Shown: positions 8,777-18,779 of the stretch, one piece after another
Numbering within the stretch: the stretch's first letter is position 1
Layout: each line of letters opens with the position of its first letter
Origin: Candidatus Latescibacterota bacterium
GTDB lineage: Bacteria; Latescibacterota; UBA2968; GCA-2709665
DNA: 64,000 bases
Assembly: GCA_965219455.1 (NCBI GenBank)
Contig: OZ244744.1
Coordinates: 4,128,001-4,192,000, forward strand
Direction of reading: 5' to 3'
Translations under genes and position numbers: made by a program
The notes under the pieces: model-generated
Seen by the model: the letters and a program-made list of their open reading frames with translations, nothing else
Databases searched by the model: none
Told to the model about the DNA's origin: nothing

Positions 8777-9720
8777 AGCAGCTCCTCCTAACCATTCTGA
8801 CGCTTGCCCTGTCGCACCCCGTACCAGTTCCGGCGCAATCCGAGACCCGTTATTCGGAAGACCCTCTGCTGCTCGGCGCAGGCGCAAGACCTCTGGGGAT
8901 GGGAAGCGCTTTTGTGGCCGTCAGTGACGATGCCACCGCCATCTATTGGAACCCGGCAGGCCTTCAGCGGCTGCGGCGAAGAGAATTGCAGATTCAACAT
9001 GCCGAGCAGTTCGGCGGCACGGTCAACCATGACGTCTTTACCCTTGGCGGCCCTTCTCCGCTCGGCGGCTTTGGCGTCGGTCTCACGCGCCTGGGGGTGG
9101 ACGGCGTCAAGATCACTACCCTTGAGAACCCGACGCTTTCGCCGGGTCCGGACAATCGCCCCGTCGTACGTCGTATCGTGGGTACAACCGAATACCACCT
9201 CCACCTTGCCTTTGGCCGCGGCCTGAGGTCGAATCTGTTCGCGGGTACCGGGGTGAAGCTCGTATCCCGCAGGCTCGGCACCGGTACGGGATCGGGATTT
9301 GGTGTTGATTTTGGCATGCTCTATATGCCGCGGCCGGACCTGACGGCGGGCCTGATGATTCGCAATCTCATACCCATGAAGATCACCTTCGACTCGGGTT
9401 CGTCGGAACGGGTCCCGCCTGTCCTTGTCATTGGTCTTGCGTTTGCGCGGCCGGTCGCGGCGTTTGACGGACTGATCACATGTAGCGGGAGTGTCAGCAT
9501 CGGTGAGGAAAAATCTGCCGCAGAAAACCTACAGGGTGTCCGGATTGGCGTAGAATACCTCTACCGGAAAAAGCTGGCCTTTCGCCTCGGCGCACGGGGA
9601 AATCACTTTACCGCAGGTGCGGGCGTCCGACTCCGCGGACGCGTTGCCTTCGACCTCGCCTTTCTGGAACACGGCGAATTGGATAACACCTACCGCATCT
9701 CGGGTTCCTTCTATTTCTGA
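8773..9720 (+). CDS. PorV/PorQ (UPF0164) family outer-membrane barrel
   Basis: Signal peptide; GARPLGMGSAFVAVSDDATAIYWNPAGL; ends SFYF. Confidence 0.85.
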   Translation: MKQLLLTILTLALSHPVPVPAQSETRYSEDPLLLGAGARPLGMGSAFVAVSDDATAIYWNPAGLQRLRRRELQIQHAEQFGGTVNHDVFTLGGPSPLGGFGVGLTRLGVDGVKITTLENPTLSPGPDNRPVVRRIVGTTEYHLHLAFGRGLRSNLFAGTGVKLVSRRLGTGTGSGFGVDFGMLYMPRPDLTAGLMIRNLIPMKITFDSGSSERVPPVLVIGLAFARPVAAFDGLITCSGSVSIGEEKSAAENLQGVRIGVEYLYRKKLAFRLGARGNHFTAGAGVRLRGRVAFDLAFLEHGELDNTYRISGSFYF

Positions 9721-9735
9721 ATCCTGAACACATTC

Positions 9736-10626
9736 ATGCGAAGCGCGACCGATTTCAGATCCGGATATATCGTCATCGCCGGCAAAGCCAACGTGGGAAA
9801 ATCCACGCTGTTTAACCTGCTCGTCGGCGAACGCCTGTCCATTGTGACCGCCAAACCTCAGACCACGCGGCATCGGGTATTGGGCATCCTCACGTCCCGA
9901 ACATCCCAGATGATTTTCCTGGATACGCCGGGAATGCTTCAGCCCGGCTACGGTCTGCACGAGCGTATGTCCGATCAGATAAGGCGTTCCATCAGCGACG
10001 CGGATGTTTTTCTCGGTGTGATCGACGCCTCCGACTTCAAAGCCACCTTCGACCACGAAGTACGCGAAATCCTGCGCAGGGTCAGGCGCCCGCGCATTGT
10101 CGCGGTAAACAAATCCGACCTGGTTTCCGCCGCCCAGGCACAGCGGTGCGTCGATACCGTCAGGAAAGAAGCCGCAGTTCAGGAAGTTCTGCCGGTTTCC
10201 GCCCAAACCGGTTTCAATGTCGAATTGCTCCAGGCCAGTCTTGAGCAGGCGCTGCCTTCAGGTCCCGCATACTACCCCGAAGACATGCTCACCGAGCGCC
10301 CGGAGCGGTTTTTTGTGGCCGAACTCATCCGGGAGGAGATTTTCCTGCAACTCCGGCAGGAGTTGCCCTACGCGACGGCGATCAAAGTGGAGGCGTTCCG
10401 CGAAGGCAAACCCAGAACCTATATCCGGGCCAGCATTGTCGTCGAACGAAAGTCCCAAAAGGGAATCGTCATCGGCGGAAATGGAAAAACCCTCAAATCC
10501 ATCGGCAAAAATGCAAGGGGTAAGATTGAGGCCTTCCTGAACGCCCCGATCTATCTGGATCTGCGTGTGAAAGTTCACCAGAATTGGCGGAAGAAAGAAC
10601 AGGCCCTGCGCGGGTTCGGCTACTGA
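9736..10626 (+). CDS. era: GTPase Era
   Basis: GKANVGKS, KPQTTR, DTPG, NKSD and a C-terminal KH domain (QKGIVIG...WRK). Confidence 0.97.
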   Translation: MRSATDFRSGYIVIAGKANVGKSTLFNLLVGERLSIVTAKPQTTRHRVLGILTSRTSQMIFLDTPGMLQPGYGLHERMSDQIRRSISDADVFLGVIDASDFKATFDHEVREILRRVRRPRIVAVNKSDLVSAAQAQRCVDTVRKEAAVQEVLPVSAQTGFNVELLQASLEQALPSGPAYYPEDMLTERPERFFVAELIREEIFLQLRQELPYATAIKVEAFREGKPRTYIRASIVVERKSQKGIVIGGNGKTLKSIGKNARGKIEAFLNAPIYLDLRVKVHQNWRKKEQALRGFGY

Positions 10627-10650
10627 ACGTGAATTCCAACGAGAGCCATT

Positions 10651-11685
10651 GTGCCTCACGCTATAAAGACGCTGCTCAAATTTGTCATCGGCGTTGCGCT
10701 TTCCGCAGGGTTTCTATGGTTGGCCTTTCATGGTGTCGCGCCAGCTGAAATGTGGTCTGCGGTAAGACAAGCCAGGGTTCACTGGCTTGTCTTAAGTATT
10801 TTTCTGCTCTTTCTGTCGATTCTCCCTCGTGCCTGGCGTTGGCAGATCCTTTTGAAACCCGTCAGTCATCGGATTTCATTTCAGAGAGCCAGCCATGCCA
10901 TTCTCGTGGGTTATGCTGCCACCAACGTCGTTTCCCGTGCCGGGGAGATCGCCCGTGGGGTCGCGCTACAAAAATACGAGCGCCTGCCGTTGAGCGGCAT
11001 TCTCGCCACCATTCTGGTAGAACGGGCGATCGACATGCTGGCCCTCCTTACCTTCCTGGGAGGCGTCCTCTATTTTTCCCGAGAAAAAATCGTCACCGCG
11101 TTCCCATGGATGGAGGGGGTCGCACTCCTCGCACTGGCGGCCACCGTGGGTTTTCTCGTTCTCTTCGTGCTTCTGTCCGTCTACGGTGATCGCGCATTGA
11201 ATATCATGCGTCTGCCTGTCCGCTGGGTCTCCCAATCGGTGGCGGACCGGCTCATTGGAATTCTCCGGTCGCTGTTTCAGGGTCTGGGCGGCGTTCACGC
11301 GACTTCTGGCTATGTCGGCATCCTTGCGTCCAGCATCCTTCTCAACCTGATTTACATTCTGACGTCTTATGCCGCATTCTTCGCCTTCGATTTTCCTTCC
11401 CGGTACGACCTCGGTTTTTTCGACGCCGTCGTGGTCCTGGTAATTTCGACCATAGGCGTGATCATTCCCACCCCGGGAGGAACCGGCACCTACCATTATT
11501 TTTGCAGCCAGGCCCTCAACGCGGTATTCGACGTGCCGATTGCGGATGCTCTGGCTTACGCGACTGTGATGCATGGTCTCGCCTTCATCACTTATCTGAT
11601 CGCGGGCGGCCCGGGGTTGATCCGACTTTTGCTTACCCGCCGGTTGGGCACCGTGGATACGACCGGTTTCCAGAGAAGGAAATAA
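10651..11685 (+). CDS. Lysylphosphatidylglycerol synthase TM-region (UPF0104 flippase-like) membrane protein
   Basis: RAWRW, RAGEIAR, ERAID, PTPGGTG motifs; multiple TM helices. Confidence 0.88.
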   Translation: MPHAIKTLLKFVIGVALSAGFLWLAFHGVAPAEMWSAVRQARVHWLVLSIFLLFLSILPRAWRWQILLKPVSHRISFQRASHAILVGYAATNVVSRAGEIARGVALQKYERLPLSGILATILVERAIDMLALLTFLGGVLYFSREKIVTAFPWMEGVALLALAATVGFLVLFVLLSVYGDRALNIMRLPVRWVSQSVADRLIGILRSLFQGLGGVHATSGYVGILASSILLNLIYILTSYAAFFAFDFPSRYDLGFFDAVVVLVISTIGVIIPTPGGTGTYHYFCSQALNAVFDVPIADALAYATVMHGLAFITYLIAGGPGLIRLLLTRRLGTVDTTGFQRRK

Positions 11686-11687
11686 AA

Positions 11688-11714
11688 AGGACGCGAACGA
11701 TATGTTCGCGCCCT
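11688..11714. terminator. Hairpin between convergent genes
   Basis: AGGACGCGAAC-gatat-GTTCGCGCCCT. Confidence 0.45.
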
Positions 11715-11741
11715 GCTGGAACCAGCCGTTTCACGTCACGA

Positions 11742-12050
11742 TCAGGACTGCAGCCGCCGGGACATTTCCATCGCCTCCTCCGCTTCGTCGATAAGGCCCT
11801 TCTGCTGGTACAGCCTCGAAAGACTCGTATGGGCAAGCGGTTCTTCCGGCGCGATTCGAATCGCTTCCCGCGCGTGCAGAATCGCTTCATCGACCTTGCC
11901 CTGCCTGTCCAGCACCTGCGCCAGACCCAGGTGCCCCATGTAAAAATCCGAATCTTCTTCCAGCGCCCTGCGAAACATCTCGAAAGCCCCGTCCAGGTTG
12001 CCGGTGGAAATCTGCTTTAATCCTTCCCGATAGTGATTTTTAGCCGCCAT
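11742..12050 (-). CDS. Small TPR protein
   Basis: MAAKNHYREG...GHLGLAQVLDRQGKVDEAI...AHTSLSRLYQQKG; start placed at ATG 12050. Confidence 0.8.
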   Translation of the reverse strand: MAAKNHYREGLKQISTGNLDGAFEMFRRALEEDSDFYMGHLGLAQVLDRQGKVDEAILHAREAIRIAPEEPLAHTSLSRLYQQKGLIDEAEEAMEMSRRLQS

Positions 12051-12167
12051 TTGCGCGTACTCCCGAAACCCTGAATTCAGACACCGCCAACGCGCCCCGA
12101 CCGGTTCCGCACCGGTTTCTGGTGGCATGGTACGGAGTTCGATGCCATCGGGGGTGGTTTGGCGATC

Positions 12168-15100
12168 CTAAAAATGTCCTGTCATGTCAATTGAGAAATA
12201 CTGGTGAGGATGGTAGGTCCGTGCGAAATCCGTGGGCCAGGCCAGATCGTATCGGAACAGGAAGTACCCCAGATTCACACGCACGCCGAATCCGTACCCC
12301 GCTGCCATCTGCGGTTTCTCGAATCCGTGTCTGGATTCCCCGCCCCGGAAGTGCTGCGGCACATTGAGCTCAAAGCCGCCGTCGCGGGCGACCCAGCCGT
12401 CTCTCCATTTGGATCTTTCAAAGGCGCCGCCAATGTCCAGGAACAATTCACCCTGGACGTTCTGGAAGAAGAGCGGCAGCGGCCAGCCCATGATCAGTTC
12501 CCGGATGAGGGGAAAACGGAACGCCGCATTGGCCAGCACATACGAATCGCCGGCCAGTTCGAACAATTCCACGCCCCGCAGCGGCCATACAAAACTGGAA
12601 AAGAATATCCGATCCTGGTCCACGTTGGCAAACGTATTGAAATTAGGATTCACGGGATTGTTGACGCCACCTACGAAATAGACTCTCTTGTTGGGGCCGA
12701 AGCTGCTGCCCCCGGAGAGACGAAAGGCAAACGTGTATTCGCCCAGCGCGAGCAGATACTGGCGCAGATCCACATTGAACGCCGCAAAACGCATTCCCGC
12801 CCAACTTCCTTCAATGCCAAGGCGCATCCGGCGTCCGTCCACGGCTCCGAAACGGCTCATCAGCGAGTTGTCGTCCACAAGCGCCAGGTAGGAAACGGCG
12901 GCTCCACGGGAATCGACTTCAGTGCCAGAAAGCCCGCGCAGGTTTCTTCCGGTAAATCCACGTCGTACCCACCGATCGTCGTATCGTTCCCGTTCCAGGC
13001 GTTCGCGGGTAATTCTGATGCCCCGTGTGCCCAGTTCCATCCTGCTGAATCGGCTGAACGGCCGAATCAGGCTTGCTTCGGCGCCGAGATAGCGATCGGC
13101 ATTCAACTGACCGCTGTCGAAGAAGAACAGACGCGTATGGATGGCGCTGAGGTAGTAGTTGGTCTGGTGTTTGAGGTTCTGGTATCCGAGGAAGAGATCG
13201 CTGTCTTTCAGGGAGAAGCTCAACCCTGACTGTATGATGACGCGATGGTCGCCCATCACGTCCGTCAGCGACAACTGGACCAGGCTGCTCACACCGTAGA
13301 AGGTGTCGAAGCCGGCGTTGGCTCCGAAGAATTCCGGTTTGAGTTTCACACGGTATTTGTTCACCGTGAACTCCCTGTTCCAGTCGCGCAGCGTCAGTTC
13401 CCTGTCGCCGTCCGTCTCCAGGGTGTCGGCCCCGGCGCCCTCGTCGTCGTCGCCGCGCGCCTCGGCGGCCGCCAGCGCCATCTGATCCGACATCCACGTC
13501 TCCACCTTCCTGTCCGTCGCCGCCGCCACCACCGTATCCTGTTGTGCGCCGCTGTCCGCGCTGTCGGCCGCCGCGCTTGCCGTCGCCTGCTCCTCCCTGC
13601 GCTCACGCTGCAGTTCCACGAACGGCCGGTCTTCGATACCCGCCAGACGCTTCGCATACCGCGTCAGCGGCAGATCTTCGGTCCCCCGCTTCTTCTTTAG
13701 CGGGTCCTTCATTACGAAGATGTCATAACCGCCCCTGTGAAACGTCGTAAACGCCAGCTTCTTGCCGTCGGCCGACCAGTCGATATACCGCGCCCCCGAC
13801 AACAGATTGCTGATGGGATACACCTGTGAGCCGTCCACGTGCGCGATGTAGATGTTGCCCACGCCCGTCCTGTCCGACACGAACGCCAGCGTCTGCGAGT
13901 CCGGCCCCCACGTGGGATGGCTGTCGTTCACCTCGCTTTCCACCACGCGACGGATCTCCGAACCGTCACGGCGGATCACGAACACGTCATACGTGCCGAA
14001 GACGAAATCCTTCGACCCGTCATACGTCAGGGCCGCCGACGGTCGGTCCGAACTGATGGCGATCCACTCCCCGTCCGGCGACCAGTCCAGGTGCTTCTCG
14101 TCATACGGATCCCGCGTCATGCGCCGCAGCGACTCGTCCTCCACGTTCACGACATACACGTCCGACCACCCGTCCTTCAACCCCACGATCGCGATCTCTT
14201 TCCCGTCGGGCGACCACGTGGGCTCGAACAATCCGTCCAGATCGAACTTGAAGCGCTTCGTCACGCGCCGCTTCCTCACGTCCAGCGTATACAGCGTGTT
14301 CTTGTTACGCGACTTCGCCGCAAACGCGACCTGCTTGCCGTCGGGCGACCACGTGATGCCGGGACGCAGTACGAACAATCCCTCGAAGTCCGACGATCGC
14401 TCGCCCTCCACCAACCGGCCCAGGTCCTGACCGTCGATCGCCGACATCAGATAGATGTCGAACGTGCCCTGACGCTCCGTCACATACGCGATCTTGTCGC
14501 CCTGCGGCGAAAACGACGGCGCGATATTGTAAAAACCACGACCCACAGACGCTTCCGTCAACTGCTTCGCCACCTCCTCCGACACGTGGTGCAGGTTGAT
14601 CTCGTTCCAATACTGACGCTTCAACCACAACTGCCACTTCTCGTCCAGCTCCTCCACACCCTCGCCCACCGATGCCTTCAGCGCCTTGTCCACAGACCGC
14701 GCCGACCGAAACGACGAGATAAACTCCGCCACCTTGTCCTTGCCATACTCCTCTTCGATCATCACGAATACAGACTGACCACCCTTATACGCAAACGCGC
14801 CGCTCAACGCCATCATACCAGGCACATAACCCGTGATCGTCGCGTGACGCATGAAATTGTCGCCCTCACGGTCCCAGCCTCCCTGCGATAAATACTCCGC
14901 CACACCCTCCGCAATCCACAATGGCGGCAACGTCGCCGCCTGCGTCATCATCGCTCCCAGCCACCCGCCGCCCGTCCACATCTCCAATGTCACCACGTGC
15001 GCCAACTCGTGATGTATCACGTGACGGAAATCGCCATAAGATCCCGTATACGGTATCACCACACGACCCTGCGCAAACTCCGTAAATCCGCCCGTAAACT

Positions 15101-15413
15101 CCGACTGCTCCGTCGGCGCGATGTTCGTCACTGAAAAACCGTTGTGCGAGTTGTAGATTACTATCGGATATCGGTCCTTCAAAGTATACTTCAGATCCTT
15201 CTCCAGACGCACCAGCGAGCGCTCCGCCTCCTTCGCCGCAAACTCCGCCGCAGGCTGCGACGCCCTGTCGAAATAGATCTTGAAATGCTCCGTCTCCAGA
15301 TAGTGCCAGTCGTAATCGTCATACGTCACCTTGTTCTTGCCGAAATACTCCTGACCGCCCGCAATACCATACGTGAACAAGGTGATGCCAAATAGAAGGG
15401 ACCACCGGGACAT
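12168..15413 (-). CDS. Gluzincin peptidase-like + PD40/TolB beta-propeller + Omp85 (BamA/TamA-like) barrel fusion
   Basis: AAGGAG RBS, signal peptide, HELAH...WIAEGVAEY, repeated WSPDG, C-terminal barrel with PLRG and GYGFGVRVNLGYFLFRYDLAWP, terminal Phe. Confidence 0.88.
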   Translation of the reverse strand: MSRWSLLFGITLFTYGIAGGQEYFGKNKVTYDDYDWHYLETEHFKIYFDRASQPAAEFAAKEAERSLVRLEKDLKYTLKDRYPIVIYNSHNGFSVTNIAPTEQSEFTGGFTEFAQGRVVIPYTGSYGDFRHVIHHELAHVVTLEMWTGGGWLGAMMTQAATLPPLWIAEGVAEYLSQGGWDREGDNFMRHATITGYVPGMMALSGAFAYKGGQSVFVMIEEEYGKDKVAEFISSFRSARSVDKALKASVGEGVEELDEKWQLWLKRQYWNEINLHHVSEEVAKQLTEASVGRGFYNIAPSFSPQGDKIAYVTERQGTFDIYLMSAIDGQDLGRLVEGERSSDFEGLFVLRPGITWSPDGKQVAFAAKSRNKNTLYTLDVRKRRVTKRFKFDLDGLFEPTWSPDGKEIAIVGLKDGWSDVYVVNVEDESLRRMTRDPYDEKHLDWSPDGEWIAISSDRPSAALTYDGSKDFVFGTYDVFVIRRDGSEIRRVVESEVNDSHPTWGPDSQTLAFVSDRTGVGNIYIAHVDGSQVYPISNLLSGARYIDWSADGKKLAFTTFHRGGYDIFVMKDPLKKKRGTEDLPLTRYAKRLAGIEDRPFVELQRERREEQATASAAADSADSGAQQDTVVAAATDRKVETWMSDQMALAAAEARGDDDEGAGADTLETDGDRELTLRDWNREFTVNKYRVKLKPEFFGANAGFDTFYGVSSLVQLSLTDVMGDHRVIIQSGLSFSLKDSDLFLGYQNLKHQTNYYLSAIHTRLFFFDSGQLNADRYLGAEASLIRPFSRFSRMELGTRGIRITRERLERERYDDRWVRRGFTGRNLRGLSGTEVDSRGAAVSYLALVDDNSLMSRFGAVDGRRMRLGIEGSWAGMRFAAFNVDLRQYLLALGEYTFAFRLSGGSSFGPNKRVYFVGGVNNPVNPNFNTFANVDQDRIFFSSFVWPLRGVELFELAGDSYVLANAAFRFPLIRELIMGWPLPLFFQNVQGELFLDIGGAFERSKWRDGWVARDGGFELNVPQHFRGGESRHGFEKPQMAAGYGFGVRVNLGYFLFRYDLAWPTDFARTYHPHQYFSIDMTGHF

Positions 15414-15551
15414 ATCCAGGCTCCTTAGTTTGTCAACATGCCCTTCGGATACCGTTTTGCATTGGAATTAAACCGGAAGCGTCACGTCTTCGGTATTATA
15501 CAGCCGCTTGTTGGCTTTTGATGTCGCCGCGTTCGGGGTTCACGCTGAGGC

Positions 15552-16397
15552 TCAGCATGAAAAAAACGGGTTGTGCTCCAGTTCCTCAGCAACCGACGTG
15601 ATGGGTCCATGCCCCGGAAAAACGCGGGTTTTCTCATTTCGACACAGGACCTTTTCCACTACCGCCGTGATCTGACCGGCATAAGCCGGTCCCAGCGCGC
15701 CGCCCATGGATCCTGCAAAAAGCGCGTCGCCCGAAAAGAACATTCCGTCTCCTCCATAACCGATTCCGCCCGCCGTATGCCCGGGGAGGCTTACCGCATC
15801 GATGGCGATACGCCCCACGTTCGTGCGCCAGCCGTCGTCCACCAGGTCGGTCACGAGTCCTTTCAGACTTCCAAGAAGACCGAAATCACGTTCGCAACAA
15901 CACACCCGGGCACCGGTTGTCTCCGCGATTTCAGCAAGTGCGCCCACGTGATCCGCATGTCCGTGGGTAAGCAGCACGTGGGTCACCTTCAGACTCATTC
16001 GCTCCGCCATTTCAAAAATCCGCTCGGTCTGGCCTCCCGCGTCGACAATCGCGCCTTCACCTGAAGCCTTGCACTTCAACGCATAGGCGTTCACTTCCAT
16101 ACCCACGTCCAGAATCGTTCGCTCAACGGACAGTCGCGCGTCGTCGTGAGGCGCGTTTCCCCGGTCCGGCACCCATCCCTTCGCAATCCCGAGCAGCTTT
16201 TCCCCATCCAGATGCAGCGCGCCGGCGAGCGCCCGAATACGGCCATCTTCCGGCGTGAGTTCGTAGGCTTCAATCAGTCCGACTTCCTCGGAGGTCAGTC
16301 CCGCCGCTTCTGCAAGCGCCTTTTCCGAAAGACCCCGCCCCCGCCTGGCCTTTCCGACAATATCTCCGAAAAAATCCTCGAGCGTCGTGTATGCCAC
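15552..16397 (-). CDS. MBL-fold metallo-hydrolase (glyoxalase II-like) with N-terminal XRE-type HTH
   Basis: ARRGRGLSEKALAEAAGLT (HTH); THGHADH, PGHT, GDALF, PGHG, NPF. Confidence 0.88.
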   Translation of the reverse strand: MAYTTLEDFFGDIVGKARRGRGLSEKALAEAAGLTSEEVGLIEAYELTPEDGRIRALAGALHLDGEKLLGIAKGWVPDRGNAPHDDARLSVERTILDVGMEVNAYALKCKASGEGAIVDAGGQTERIFEMAERMSLKVTHVLLTHGHADHVGALAEIAETTGARVCCCERDFGLLGSLKGLVTDLVDDGWRTNVGRIAIDAVSLPGHTAGGIGYGGDGMFFSGDALFAGSMGGALGPAYAGQITAVVEKVLCRNEKTRVFPGHGPITSVAEELEHNPFFSC

Positions 16398-16459
16398 GTG
16401 TCCTCCTCCGTTCGAAGGTCATTCGCAATTGGCATGGTCGCTTTCAGGACCATGCCAGT

Positions 16460-16488
16460 ATTATGATATATACAAACGAAAATGTCAA
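16460..16488 (-). promoter_or_regulatory. sigma70 promoter for the HTH-MBL gene
   Basis: Minus strand TTGACA-17 nt-CATAAT. Confidence 0.7.
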
Positions 16489-16504
16489 TTAATTTCGGCC
16501 CTAA

Positions 16505-16664
16505 CAGTCCGTTGATAAAGTTGCTCTGCAGGCGAGGCCGAGCCATTGTGACCGAAGACAAGGCGCGCGACCGAGTCGAATCGGTGCATTCGGGGAGGGA
16601 GCGCAACGCAGTAATGCGGCCACAAGAGCCGGCCGCAGCCCGGATGGACTTTTTCAACGGGCTG
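16505..16664. mobile_element. 160-bp MITE copy 1 (IS5/IS1182-like ends)
   Basis: TIRs CAGTCCGTTGATAAAGT / ACTTTTTCAACGGGCTG; CTAA direct repeat on both sides; near-identical copy at 40001-40160. Confidence 0.88.
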
Positions 16665-16787
16665 CTAAGGCCAGGGACCAACGGCGCAGCGGGGGTGATG
16701 TCACCCACATTTCTCGTTGCATTTCGGGTCGCCAATCCATAAATTCCCGGCGAATCGGATCAGGCCTGGAAGCCTTCCGGAAAGAGA

Positions 16788-17507
16788 ATGGAAGATCGTG
16801 TAACGATGCCAGATAAAACAGTGGCTGCCAGCCCTAAACAACTCGCAGGCGAACGCGCCGCCGATTTGGTGGAAGACGGGATGATCGTTGGTCTGGGGAC
16901 CGGATCGACCGCGTTCTTCGCCATTCGAAAGCTGGGCGAGCGCGTCCGGGAGGGCCTCCGGATACGTGGTATTCCCACGTCCGAACAGTCCCGGATACAG
17001 GCGGAACGCGAAGGTATTCCCCTTATCGATTTCGCCGATACCACCCGGATCGACCTGACTATCGACGGCGCGGACGAGATCGATCCCGCCTTCAACCTTA
17101 TAAAGGGCGGTGGCGGGGCGTTGCTTCGTGAAAAACTTGTGGCCACGGCCAGCCTCCGGGAGATCATCGTTGCCGACGAATCCAAACTCAAGGATCGACT
17201 CGGCGGATTCCCGCTGCCGGTGGAAGTGGTGCCCTTCGGCTGGCAGTTTGTTCGGTTGCAAATAGAAGCCCTGGGGTGCCGCGCCAGTCTCCGTGTCCTC
17301 CAAAACACGGCTTTCGTTACGGACAATGGCAACCACATCATGGACTGCGCCTTTGGCGCCATCGAGGACCCCGCCGACCTTGAACGACGTATTGCGGCGA
17401 TCTGCGGCGTCGTTGAATCCGGACTCTTTATCGGCCTTGCCCACCACATCGTCATCGGCAAAGCCGACGGCACCCTCGAAGAACGCGCCAGACTCCGGCC
17501 GTTGTAG
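16788..17507 (+). CDS. rpiA: Ribose-5-phosphate isomerase A
   Basis: GLGTGST, DGADE, IKGGGGALLREK, TDNGN, GVVESGLF; the start may be ATG 16806. Confidence 0.97.
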   Translation: MEDRVTMPDKTVAASPKQLAGERAADLVEDGMIVGLGTGSTAFFAIRKLGERVREGLRIRGIPTSEQSRIQAEREGIPLIDFADTTRIDLTIDGADEIDPAFNLIKGGGGALLREKLVATASLREIIVADESKLKDRLGGFPLPVEVVPFGWQFVRLQIEALGCRASLRVLQNTAFVTDNGNHIMDCAFGAIEDPADLERRIAAICGVVESGLFIGLAHHIVIGKADGTLEERARLRPL

Positions 17508-17652
17508 CCGCCGCCCGCGCGTTCTTCGCACGTTTACCATTTAATGTTATACATAAGTGACCAATACATATAATGGAAACAGCGCGCTTAATTCAATGTT
17601 GTCGACGATTTTAATGCGCCAACCGTGTCCCCCATCGGATCCGCCTTCCCCG

Positions 17653-17741
17653 GTAGGGGCAACCCTCGTGGTTGCCCAGGTTTACGTGGCGGTGCCTGTG
17701 TCGTCGCAGTGGGGTCGGGCGCCCACAAGGGGCGCCCCTAC
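17653..17741. repeat. Inverted pair of GTAG-type REP elements (BIME-like)
   Basis: GTAGGGGCAACCCTCGTGGTTGCCC (17653-17677) and the reverse complement of GTAGGGGCGCCCCTTGTGGGCGCCC (17717-17741). Confidence 0.8.
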
Positions 17742-17779
17742 CAATGTTTGTGAATTCTCCTGACCTAAAGGGATACTCA

Positions 17780-18682
17780 GTGAGCATTTTTGTCGATAGC
17801 GAAACCCGCGTGGTTGTGCAGGCGATTACCGGAAACGAGGGCTCGTTTCACACGCGTCAGATGCTGGACTACGGCACCCGGATCGTAGCCGGCGTCACGC
17901 CGGGTAAGGCCGGCAATCGCGTCGACGGCGTACCGGTTTTCAATACCGTGTCGGACGCGGTCGACGCCACCGGCGCCGACGTTTCGATCGTGTTTGTTCC
18001 GGCCGCGTTTTCGGCGGACGCGATTATTGAAGCGGCAGATGCGGGCCTGGGCCTGGTTGTGTGCATCAGCGAGGGCATCCCGGTCCTGGACATGATAAAA
18101 GTAAAACACTACCTGAGTTGTCGTTCCACCCGGCTCATCGGTCCCAACTGTCCGGGAATCATCGCTCCCGGCAAAAGTAAAATCGGCATCATGCCGGCCG
18201 AGATTCACCGGAGCGGGAACGTCGGCGTCATTTCCCGCAGCGGGACATTGACCTACGAAGCCGTTGCACAACTGACCGCCCTGGGCCTCGGCCAGTCCAC
18301 GTGCGTGGGTATAGGGGGAGACCCAATTATCGGAACCAGCTTTATCGACTGTCTCGAAGCGTTCGAGAAGGATCCGGACACCGAATGCGTTGTCATTATC
18401 GGTGAGATTGGCGGCGCCGCCGAAGAACATGCGGCGCACTATGTAAAGAGTTCCTTCCACAAGCCCGTCGTCGGGTTTATCGCGGGCCAGACGGCGCCTC
18501 CCGGCAGGCGCATGGGTCACGCCGGAGCCATCATTTCCGGCGGGCAGGGCACGGCGGAAGAAAAGGTCGCCGCCCTCGAAGCCGCGGGAATCCGGGTCTG
18601 CAAAAGCCCGGCCGACATCGGCGAAACCGTGCTGGAGGTTCTGGCGGCCGGCCCGGGTCAGACATCCGCTCAATCCGGTTGA
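17780..18682 (+). CDS. sucD: Succinyl-CoA synthetase alpha subunit
   Basis: GTG start 17780 after AAAGGGA; [35 protein letters not shown]. Confidence 0.97.
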   Translation: MSIFVDSETRVVVQAITGNEGSFHTRQMLDYGTRIVAGVTPGKAGNRVDGVPVFNTVSDAVDATGADVSIVFVPAAFSADAIIEAADAGLGLVVCISEGIPVLDMIKVKHYLSCRSTRLIGPNCPGIIAPGKSKIGIMPAEIHRSGNVGVISRSGTLTYEAVAQLTALGLGQSTCVGIGGDPIIGTSFIDCLEAFEKDPDTECVVIIGEIGGAAEEHAAHYVKSSFHKPVVGFIAGQTAPPGRRMGHAGAIISGGQGTAEEKVAALEAAGIRVCKSPADIGETVLEVLAAGPGQTSAQSG

Positions 18683-18779
18683 CTCCAGAATCGGGCGGCA
18701 ACTTGAGGGGGACGGGCGGGGAGCGTTGTGCGCGTTCCGCTTGAATCCTTGGCCGACGAAGATTGCTGGATAAAAAGGG

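Noticed and set aside
17530-17570. dif-like site
   Set aside because: The arms do not fit the XerC/XerD 11-6-11 consensus, and the skew direction is origin-like rather than terminus-like
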